From positions 25,606,001 through 25,670,000 of the forward strand of contig OZ249444.1 in NCBI GenBank assembly GCA_965235115.1: DNA of 64,000 bases. The letters are read 5' to 3'. This document shows, in pieces, positions 13,382 through 25,300 of the stretch. The translations under genes and the position numbers were made by a program. The notes beneath the pieces were generated by a model. That model was given only the letters and a program-made list of their open reading frames with translations. It was not told the origin of the DNA and made no database searches. The stretch is from Laetmonice hystrix. Lineage: Eukaryota. Numbering within the stretch: position 1 is the first letter of the stretch; each line of letters opens with the position of its first letter.

Positions 13382-16300
13382 AAATTATGCAAACAAGCAA
13401 GTTTACAGTAGTAGTCCAACTGATCGGCGGCTGACTAAACTCCTGAGGGCATATTTTAATCGCTTTGGATTCGATAGCGTAGAAGTGAGGAAAGCAAATG
13501 AAAAATATGACGTCTTGCTCTCACTACCCGATGTTGACAATCCTAACAGTGTGAAAATTGTAGGAAGAAATGGCCAAGTCCTGCATGAAGACACAAGTCT
13601 CGTTCTGCCAAAAATCCCACCAAATATACCGCCAGAGGGCGCTCATAGCCAGCAGTTTGGTGCCCACAAGGTGGAGCCACCTGTAGATACCATCCCGGAC
13701 AGTGCCAGCGGACAACCTGACGAAGGAATTACACCGGGATTAGCTGATGAGGGAATTATACCAGGATTACCGAATACTACACCAGATGGCGCTGAGAGTG
13801 CCGAGGAGCGGAGGAAGCGGGAATCATCTCGAGAGATTGATGAGGATATTGCGAAGGAGATCATAGATTTTGACAACATTCCATTAGAGATGATCCAGCA
13901 GTTGAAAAAGCTTGCCCAGAGGCCGATGCCTACACCAATACCTGATCTACCACCCTTCGTGGCTTACTCCGCGGCAGGCCAAGTATCGGTAAGTCTGAAT
14001 TAGTATCCGTTATGCTGTGCCATCGAACACCGAGGTACTCTGTGTGAGAATACAATACTTCCCTGAGCAGGCCGGTCATTTGCCAGGTTTTCAGGATTTC
14101 TTTACCTGGAAAGCTTAAAGGCCTGCCCCGAATATATAAGTTATTATAACGATCAAATTGTGCCCTACCAGTATGAATCAGCTTTACTCATTATCTGTAA
14201 CTTGGAGTTCAAAAAATTACCAGTGAAAAAAAGCCAAACCAAAACGCGCAGAGACCAGTGGCACCTCAACTAGTCACTAATAATTCCCTGAGCAGGTCAT
14301 AGTAACGGCTAGACCGTCGAACCATGCCTATATACGAGGGCCCCGTTACCATATATAGGCATGGTTCCATGTCTAATCAACGACGCGATGTCTCAAAATG
14401 TAAACTCTGCAGGCTGTAGGGTTCTGTATCGGAGACCTACTAGTTCATTTTTCTCACACACGACGAGTGCATGATCATCATTATGTATACATGTACATCA
14501 TATGGCTAGGGGTGAAAGGTATCTTGTTTATATATTTGGGGTGGACCCTGTGTGATCAATTTTCAGGAGTTTCAATCAAGAAATGACCAAATTGGGGAAA
14601 TCCTATCCTTGATGACACCCCTCAGCTTTTAACACAGAATTATTTTGAAAGTCAGACCAGTATTTGAGTAAGCACTCACACACAAATTTATTTTGAAAGT
14701 CAGACCGTAAGCACTCACACACGGGTTGAGAAGAGTGGGTGTTTCATAGAATGGAGGAAGGAGTGCCGATTGTGTGCTTTATGTATAACAAGAATTCCAT
14801 GGTAATGACCTGGATTTCTGAGACTCACTACAGAATATTACAAGATTCTCGAATCATAGGCTTATTCTAGTATGATTCTAGTATGATTCTAGTATGATTC
14901 TAGTATGATTCTCGAATCATAGGCTTATTCTAGTATGATTCTAGTATGATTCCAGTATGATTCTCGAATCATAGGCTTGTTCTAGTAAATGTGAAAATAA
15001 TCAGTTTTGTATTCCATGGAATGACAATGAGTGCAAGAAGTGAATTCACATTGATTTTATTACAATCCTGGTGAATTAAATATTATCTTGGGGTAGAACA
15101 AAAATACGGGATCAGTTTACACAAGCACATGACTCCGAAATGTTGTTCCACCCAGTATACATGTCTGCCCAGTGCGCGTGTACTGAGGCTGGGAGCTGGT
15201 ATCAGGTTACACTGACTGGTGGATCCATTAATCGCTGCCAATGCTATCATAATAATAGTACCAGCACGGTGGCAAACATTCATGTTTTTAAAACCTTTTT
15301 ATTTTGTGAATGTGCAATCGGAATAATTCTATGTTCGTTAACTTCGTTCCAAAAGAAAGGTAGTGTCGTGTCTGGAAGTGCATTTGATGCCATTTAAAGT
15401 ATTTAGTTAAATATATAAACCAATTTGAAGTTGGGAATGTAGCAATGTTAGGGTTTACGGTATCACAAGGCATTATGACTGGGCCAGGGGCCGGCTTGGT
15501 GAAGTACAGCTGTACCCGGCGTCTCACCCCCCAATATAACCTACCCGCAGTAAACGGGGTGCTTCTCCCCCGGAACTTGTGCCATATCTCTCCCCCTGAA
15601 CCTGTGCCATATCTCTCCCCAGAACTTGTGCTATATCTCTCCCCCAGAACTTGTGCTATATCTCTGCCCCAGAACCTGTGCTATATCTCTCCCCCAGAAC
15701 TTGTGCTATATCTCTCCCCAGAACCTGTGCTATATATCTCTCCCCTTGAACCTGTGCTATATCTCTCCCCCTGAACCTGTGCTATATATCTCTCCCCCAG
15801 AACCTGTGCTATATCTCTCCCCCTGAACCTGTGTCATATCTCTGCCCCAGAACCTGTGCCATATCTCTCCCCCTGAACCTGTGTCATATCTCTGCCCCAG
15901 AACTTGTGCCATATCTCTCCCCCAGAACTTGTGTCATATCTCTGCCCCAGAACTTGTGCCATATCTCTCCCCCCAGAACTTGTGCTATATCTCTCCCCCC
16001 AGAACTTGTGCTATATCTCTCCCCCAGAACTTGTGCTATATCTCTCCCCCCCGAACTTGTGCCATATCTCTCCCCCAGAACGTGTGCCATATCTCTGCCC
16101 CAGAACTTGTGCCATATCTCTCCCCCTGAACCTGTGTCATATCTCTGCCCCAGAACTTGTGCCATATCTCTCCCCCCAGAACTTGTGCTATATCTCTCCC
16201 CCCAGAACTTGTGCTATATCTCTCCCCCAGAACTTGTGCTATATCTCTCCCCCCAGAACTTGTGCTATATCTCTCCCCCTGAACTCGTGCTATATCTCTC

Positions 16301-19300
16301 CCCCAGAACTCGTGCTATATCTCTCCCCCAGAACTTGTGCTATATCTCTCCCCCCAGAGCTTGTGCTATATCTCTCCCCCCAGAACTTGTGCTATATCTC
16401 TCCCCCAGAACTTGTGCTATATCTCTCCCCCCAGAACTTGTGCTATATCTCTCCCCCCAGAACTTGTGCTATATCTCTCCCCCAGAACTTGTGCTATATC
16501 TCTCCCCCCAGAACTTGTGCTATATCTCTCCCCCAGAACTTGTGCTATATCTCTCCCCCCAGAACTTGTGCTATATCTCTCCCCCAGAACTTGTGCCATA
16601 TCTCTCCCCCCAGAACTTGTGTCATATCTCTCCCCCAGAACTTGTGCCATATCTCTCCCCCTGAACCTGTGTCATATCTCTGCCCCAGAACTTGTGCCAT
16701 ATCTCTCCCCCTGAACCTGTGTCATATCTCTGCCCCAGAACTTGTGCCATATCTCTCCCCCCAGAACTTGTGCTATATCTCTCCCCCCAGAACTTGTGCT
16801 ATATCTCTCCCCCAGAACTTGTGCTATATCTCTCCCCCCAGAACTTGTGCTATATCTCTCCCCCTGAACTTGTGCTATATCTCTCCCCAGAACTCGTGCT
16901 ATATCTCTCCCCCAGAACTTGTGCTATATCTCTCCCCCCAGAACTTGTGCTATATCTATCCCCCCAGAACTTGTGCTATATCTCTCCCCCAGAACTTGTG
17001 CTATATCTCTCCCCCAGAACTTGTGCTATATCTCTCCCCCCAGAACTTGTGCTATATCTCTCCCCAGAACTTGTGCTATATGTCTCCCCCAGAACTTGTG
17101 CTATATCTCTCCCCCAGAACTTGTGCTATATCTCTCCCCCAGAACTTGTGCGATATGTCTCCCCCCAGAACTTGTGCTATATCTCTCCCCCTGAACTTGT
17201 GCTATCTCTCCCCCTGAACTTGTGCTATATCTTTCCCCCAGAACTTGTCAAGTTGTGCTATATCTCTCCCCCAGAACTTGTGCCATATCTCTCTCCTCTG
17301 AACTTCTGCCGTACCCCCCCCCCCCCCCCCCCAATTTGTGAGCAGTGATAATGGGGTTAGGCCAGGAAGAGCCCACCCCCTGGGCAGACAATTACAGGGT
17401 GCCCACGCTCGGTGACATATTAACATAAACGTCACCAAGCAAAGTGACAGTTGACACGCAAGGTGTGTCACCCCTGCAGGTATACGCTGCGTGTAGTGTG
17501 GCAGGCAGACTGCACTGATGCTATCTCTACAAGGGTCCACTCATGGAATGTATTGTACAGCATCTTCGGTAAGGAGGCAGGCTATCCATAAACCCTGGCC
17601 CTGGGTGCATGTTAACATTCAGTGTACCTGTGGAATACCAGGTGAAACATTTCAAATCGTTGACTTTGATTTAAAGACAAAAATGACCTATTTTTAAAAT
17701 TCTGCTGTGCATAGTTTAAGAACAATGTCACATTTAATGCCCCGCCATGAGGACTATACAGCTATTCTCTTTACGGATATGCTGAAAGTAACTGCATCTG
17801 AAAGATATGGCACAATTAGCAAGTGCCAGGATGACCTTTAGCTTAATGGTGGAATGTTCCGGAGAAATCATGTGTATCTTTTATAACATCTAGGAAAGCA
17901 TGGATTCCGGGGGACGTCTCGTCTCGGAAGGATGTGTGTAGGGAGGAGGGTCCATTGTCCTGCTCGACCACCAAAGGTTTCTTTACAGTGGCGGTGGTCG
18001 AGTGGATGCTAGATGCGACTGGGTGCAGCAATCTTGGGGCCGGGGTTCAGGGAGAGGACTTTGTGTCTGAGGTCACTGACGGCAGTGGCCAAGGTAATGT
18101 CCACATATCAGTGGTAGCAGTAGTCGCCAGGTTGACTGTAACTGTAAGGTCATGTCCACATATCAGTGGTAGCAGTAGTCGCCAGGTTGACTACCTGTAA
18201 CTGTAAGGTCATGTCCACATATCAGTGGTAGCAGTAGTCGCCAGGTTGACTGTAACTGTAAGGTCATGTCCACATATCAGTGGTAGCAGTAGTCGCCAGG
18301 TTGACTACCTGTAACTGTAAGGTCATGTCCACATATCAGTGGTAGCAGTAGTCGCCAGGTTGACTACCTGTAACTGTAAGGTCATGTCCACATATCAGTG
18401 GTAGCAGTAGTCGCCAGGTTGACTACCTGTAACTGTAAGGTCATGTCCACATATCAGTGGTAGCAGTAGTCGCCAGGTTGACTACCTGTAACTGTCAGGT
18501 CATGTCCACATATCAGTGGTAGCAGTAGTCGCCAGGTTGACTGTAACTGTAAGGTCATGTCCACATATCAGTGGTAGCAGTAGTCGCCAGGTTGACTACC
18601 TGTAACTGTAAGGTCATGTCCACATATCAGTGGTAGCAGTAGTCGCCAGGTTGACTGTAACTGTAAGGTCATGTCCACATATCAGTGGTAGCAGTAGTCG
18701 CCAGGTTGACTACCTGTAACTGTAAGGTCATGTCCACATATCAGTGGTAGCAGTAGTCGCCAGGTTGACTGTAACTGTAAGGTCATGTCCACATATCAGT
18801 GGTAGCAGTAGTCGCCAGGTTGACTGTAACTGTAAGGTCATGTCCACATATCAGTGGTAGCAGTAGTCGCCAGGTTGACTACCTGTAACTGTAAGGTCAT
18901 GTCCACATATCAGTGGTAGCAGTAGTCGCCAGGTTGACTGTAACTGTAAGGTCATGTCCACATATCAGTGGTAGCAGTAGTCGCCAGGTTGACTGTAACT
19001 GTAAGGTCATGTCCACATATCAGTGGTAGCAGTAGTCGCCAGGTTGACTACCTGTAACTGTAAGGTCATGTCCACATATCAGTGGTAGCAGTAGTCGCCA
19101 GGTTGACTGTAACTGTAAGGTCATGTCCACATATCAGTGGTAGCAGTAGTCGCCAGGTTGACTACCTGTAACTGTAAGGTCATGTCCACATATCAGTGGT
19201 AGCAGTAGTCGCCAGGTTGACTACCTGTAACTGTAAGGTCATGTCCACATATCAGTGGTAGCAGTAGTCGCCAGGTTGACTGTAACTGTAAGGTCATGTC

Positions 19301-22300
19301 CACATATCAGTGGTAGCAGTAGTCGCCAGGTTGACTACCTGTAACTGTAAGGTCATGTCCACATATCAGTGGTAGCAGTAGTCGCCAGGTTGACTACCTG
19401 TAACTGTAAGGTCATGTCCACATATCAGTGGTAGCAGTAGTCGCCAGGTTGACTGTAACTGTAAGGTCATGTCCACATATCAGTGGTAGCAGTAGTCGCC
19501 AGGTTGACTACCTGTAACTGTAAGGTCATGTCCACATATCAGTGGTAGCAGTAGTCGCCAGGTTGACTACCTGTAACTGTAAGGTCATGTCCACATATCA
19601 GTGGTAGCAGTAGTCGTCAGGTTGACTACCTGTAACTGTCAGGTCATGTCCACATATCAGTGGTAGCAGTAGTCGCCAGGTTGACTACCTGTAACTGTAA
19701 GGTCATGTCCACATATCAGTGGTAGCAGTAGTCGCCAGGTTGACTGTAACTGTAAGGTCATGTCCACATATCAGTGGTAGCAGTAGTCGCCAGGTTGACT
19801 GTAACTGTAAGGTCATGTCCACATATCAGTGGTAGCAGTAGTCGCCAGGTTGACTGTAACTGTAAGGTCATGTCCACATATCAGTGGTAGCAGTAGTCGT
19901 CAGGTTGACTACCTGTAACTGTAAGGTCATGTCCACATATCAGTGGTAGCAGTAGTCGCCAGGTTGACTGTAACTGTAAGGTCATGTCCACATATCAGTG
20001 GTAGCAGTAGTCGCCAGGTTGACTGTAACTGTAAGGTCATGTCCACATATCAGTGGTAGGAGTAGTCGCCAGGTTGACTGTAACTGTAAGGTCATGTCCA
20101 CATATCAGTGGTAGCAGTAGTCGCCAGGTTGACTACCTGTAACTGTAAGGTCATGTCCACATATCAGTGGTAGCAGTAGTCGCCAGGTTGACTGTAACTG
20201 TAAGGTCATGTCCACATATCAGTGGTAGCAGTAGTCGCCAGGTTGACTACCTGTAACTGTAAGGTCATGTCCACATATCAGTGGTAGCAGTAGTCGCCAG
20301 GTTGACTGTAACTGTAAGGTCATGTCCACATATCAGTGGTAGAAGTAGTCGCCAGGTTGACTACCTGTAACTGTAAGGTATGTTCGTCCGTTGTCACCTG
20401 GCGTGTTTACCTGGCGGCTGTGACCATCTTCCAAGTGTGTGTGGTACATATCTTACCTGAGTGACGGTCAAACCATTCCTAGCATCATGTACGCCGCCTA
20501 CCGGCGACCACAGAAATCTAGGGGTAGGAATAACGTAGGGAAACACAGGAGGTGAATGTTCAGTCGGTGGATGGGTGGGGTGGTATGGGGTGGGAGGTTT
20601 TGTTGAACCAGAAAGATGAGGAGGTGATGTAATACCAAATGAAGAAACAAACTCGGAGTAAGTCGTATCTGGTGAATGAGTAAAGGTTTCATTTTACGGT
20701 AACTGTGGGTGTTTGATGTGACTGTAATAATATAGAAATACTCCAGATCCCACACCCCTTGGACCACAGTGTCAGTAGAAGCCCCAGCTGAGGGGAGCTC
20801 CCCAGGTTGAGAGTAAAGGTTCGAGTTGACGGTAACTGTGGGTGTTTGATGTGACTGTAATAATATAGAAATACTCCAGATCCCACACCCCTTGGACCAC
20901 AGTAGAAGCCCCAGCTGAGGGGAGCTCCCCAGGTGGAGAGTAAAGGTTTCAGCTGACGGTAACTGTGGGTGTTTGATGTGACTGTAATAATATAGAAATA
21001 CTCCAGATCCCACACCCCTTGGACCACAGTAGAAGCCCCAGCTGAGGGGAGCTCCCCAGGTTGAGAGTAAAGGTTTCAGCTGACGGTAACTGTGGGTGTT
21101 TGATGTGACTGTAATAATATAGAAATACTCCAGATCCCACACCCCTTGGACCACAGTAGAAGCCCTAGCTGAGGGGAGCTCCCCAGGTTGAGAGTAAAGG
21201 TTTCAGCTGACGGTAACTGTGGGTGTTTGATGTGACTGTAATAATATAGAAATACTCCAGATCCCACACCCCTTGGACCACAGTAGAAGCCCCAGCTGAG
21301 GGGAGCTCCCCATGAGAGTTTTAAAGGGGGCAGAGGCCCCCTTGCCCCCCCCCCTGTTCTCCAGGCCGTGTGAGTTCCCGGAATGATGTGAGTCTGAGTG
21401 TGAGAGAAATATTAGTCGTACTGTCACCGCTATAAACACGAGCGGAGGAGGCGGGATGTGGGGGAATGTTGGCAGTGTGGGGAGTTACCTGGCCAGCATC
21501 GCGTGTTAATAGTCGAGGTAAGGTGACAGATGATGGATCTGATCTCACCATGCACAGATTGGGGCGAAAAATTTAAATAATAAAAATAACGTGGATGGGA
21601 AACTTTTCAAGTTCAAGCATTCCACAGTTTGTTGAAACATTTAGGAATTTCAGTGTTATGAGTGTGCGAATTCTAGGGAACAGTCTAATTAGGTCCTTGG
21701 ATTTTTATGAGTGTGCGAATCCTAGGGAACAGTCTAATTAGGTCCTTTTAGATTTAAACATGAATTGTGACATGAAAAGTGTAATTTTATGTTGAGAGCA
21801 GACTCTCCCGACACACCACTGATACTGCTTGTGTTGTGAACAGTAGCACAGGTACATGATTGAAGAGCTTTAAGGCAACATTTACATAATTTCCTAAATA
21901 TTCATCAAGTATTTTACACCTGCGCCTTGCTCATTGAATATTCATGATATAAGAAAGACGGGACGGCTACAAATTTTGTTATTATTTTCTTTTTATGACT
22001 TTCAAAGCGTTTTTGTTCAGTAAACCTTGCCAATTATTGTCAAAGTCAAAGCCTGCCGATTCCAAAGCTCGACTCTTGCAGGTGGTATGTGGTGCCCCTG
22101 TACAAACTCTCCATGTTAGTCATGTCCGAACTCGGTGAGGGACTAGACTGTGGCCCGGGTCATTAGGCCGACTTTGTTACCTTTGATCAGATTCACCTAG
22201 TGGCCGCTTACAACAACATCAAACACCCCAGGAGATTGCCATCGCTTCAGGCCTGTAATTAAAGATGTTTGTCATGCCAGTAAGGCACGAAGTGAACTCA

Positions 22301-25300
22301 GTGTTCTGAAATAGACGGAGTGATACCTTAGCATACACAAGTAGTTTGATGGTGGCTGCTAGGTATAATTATCACAACTTAGTCACTCACTGGGGCAACC
22401 GGCTCTTGGAAGTTCTTCATAAATATAAATTCTTCACACTTTATAATTGGCAGCAGGTTGAGACTGGCCAGAGATTTAGATGTGTATCTAGAGAGAACAG
22501 ACTCTGGGTTTAAACCGCCACTGATTGTATATGGCATCAGTAATCCCACAGTTGTATTTATAAGTAAGCATTAGGTTTTAGACCGGATCTTATCTTCAAC
22601 AGGTGCCATTGTTCCGATGAAATTGTTTAATTGGATTGTTCTCCCTTTGTTGATTGAGTTGGAGGGTGGGTGGGGGGAGTGGAATATACATGTGAGCTAT
22701 TTACACATTGGTTCACCAACTTTCAAAGTCCTTAAATCTGTGGCACAATGACCATACCATGACTGTTTTATACCATGATCTGGCACAGATGGGAACCATG
22801 GTATAAGTTTAACCTTCACTTTATTAAAAACATTTCCTGGAAGCGTGAATGTGTTGCGTTATCCCTCCTCTAACCAAGGCCAGTGTTTGTAACCTGTTGA
22901 CGACGTCAGGAGTTTCTCTCAGCCGGTGGCTCCCTCTGTTGTAGGGCGAGATAATCTACGTGAACTATGGCGGGCCTGAGGAGTACGGCATTCTACAGGA
23001 GGCGGGAATTCCCGTCAGGGGGCGCCTCGCTATGGCCAGGCTGGGCGGCCTCACCGTTCAGGAGAAGGTAAGAAGACTTCACTTAGAATATTTATTTGGC
23101 CAGTTTGATTTAACACGTAGTTTAGTGTCACTTTAGGAGACAATTTTTTGGGTAACATAAGTGGATGATCTGAACTACTAGTATGCCCTTTAGATTAAGG
23201 AAACTGCAGCCCCCCCCCCCCCCCCACTTCAGGGACTTGTACAATTAATATATTCATGTTCACTGGTGGTGAGACTGGCCCCGTTCCGCAGATGTTAAAC
23301 AACTGTTTCCATCGCCTCCAGGTTCACCAAGCCCAGGAGAATGGTATCATCGGCCTACTCCTGTACCTCGACCCTGGAGATAACTTCATCACTCCATTCA
23401 AGGGTTGTACCAACACCCCGCTCTGGGCGAACGCCAACGATGACGGCAATGGTGACCCTCTCACTCCTAACTTCCCGGCCATTGGTGAGATTGTTTGAAA
23501 CAGTTGGGGTGTGATTTAAGTGTGCTGAGGATCTGAAGTGTTGAAAAGGTGCAGCGACATGCTTATATTCGGTCACATTTTTTAAATATTTTTTGATTAA
23601 ATTGAAAAAAAATACAACAAATTATGTAAAAAAGAGAGAGAGAAAGAGAAATGTAAAATATTGGTTATGTTAAAATTCCAGACGGGATGACGAGACTGAA
23701 CGTTCAGGACGCTCCCCTTCCCAAGATTCCTGTTCAGACAGTGTCGTGCGCGTTCGCCGCCAAGATCCTGGAGGCGATGACCGGCGAGGTTGCGCCAGAG
23801 AGATGGACGGGCGGTATCAATGTCACTTACCACATTGGCAGGAAGACGGACAGTAAGTTCTGTTTTACACGCCCTGGGTGTTATAGGTGTAATACACTCT
23901 AAATCTCTTAGTGAAAGGATATGGTGTCCAGCATATTTTGTATCGTAGCAAAATGAAGGAATTGGGGAAAAGAACTTTAAAAAGGGGTTTTCAATTGAAA
24001 GTAAATAAAAATACATAGCATTGCAAGGAAATTGGAGAATACAATGGATGCCGTCACTAGAGAGTCAGTTTGTCACGAGGACAGAGGAGTTCACGAATGT
24101 TTGACATTTCGGTCCAGAATAAACAGTAATGGTGTCAGGTAGAGAGCACGACAGTTAATGACGTCATACACTCAGCTTACAATGTTCACTGACGTCATCA
24201 TTGTAGCTGGGACGTTGCCATGGGAACTAAAGATGGAAGTACGTAACAAACAGGAGAGACGCCCAGTGTATAATGTGATAGCCACACTGACAGGTCAGGA
24301 AGATCCCGGTAAGTAAAGTTCAGAGAGTGAACACATATATTCTTCTAAACATATGTGGGGGCGGAGGGGAATGTGAGAATATTTTTATTTTATAGAAATG
24401 ATTGAGTTCTTCCTGTGTCAGATCAAACTGACGGATGAAGTGATACTTCTGTTCCAGATAATTACGTTCTTATCGGAGCAAATCGCAACAGTTTTGGACT
24501 TGGTCCGTTTGGTGGAATCTTTGGCACGTCAGCTCTCGTGGAATTGGGCCGAAACCTTGGGATGTTAGTGAACAGAGAACAGTGGCGCCCCAAGCGGACG
24601 ATTAAGTTATGTTCGTGGGGAGGTGGAGACTATGGCGACATTGGATTGGTAGAATACTTACAGGTAAAATCATTCTGAGCATCGCAACGTTTGGTATTTG
24701 GTGGATTAATACTTCTATGAAATAGGGTGAAAAGACCCATGTCCACATAGGCGATTGCCCCTGCGACGTCCATGCGATTCTAACATTATTTGACTGTGAT
24801 TTTGAGGTTAAAGGATGGAACCCATTTCCAGAAACAGGGAAGGCCATCCCAGAAAAATTGCAGAGTGAAATTCCACCACGAAATCAAAAATCGCAAGTCA
24901 AATCACCTTAGTGGACATGGGCGTTAAGATTTAGGGGCTGGAGGGATTAGTGTTTTGGGGAGGTCTGGGGATCTGGGCAGGCGGGTATGGTTGGGTTTTG
25001 GCTTTGTAAGAATAGTGAGGGATCTTTAGGTATTTCCACCAAGTTATGGAGAAGTTTTCATGGAGGATATACTGAGCTCGAACAAACCTCTCCGAGAAAT
25101 TCAAAAAGTTTGTACCACGACTCGAGACATTTCAACACTTTGATACTTGATGATATTTTTGGCCGTTAATATTTTTAGAAAGATTACAACATTGATTAAC
25201 TAAAAAGACTAGTTCCTAGTTTGTAATGTTCCTTGTAACATGTTGATGTAATGTTTTGATTCAGGAGTACGGCGATGTAGTGAATGGTCGTATTGTGTCG

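Noticed and set aside
4017-17348. Many repetitive ORFs (RTVFREPCP, MFVPSNLNP, SPALPCK, PELVLYLS)
   Set aside because: They coincide exactly with tandem arrays and have no non-repetitive coding context.
18093-20378. CRISPR-like regular repeats (also 9161-10562 and 28634-29500)
   Set aside because: There are no unique spacers and no cas genes, and the context is eukaryotic and intron-containing.
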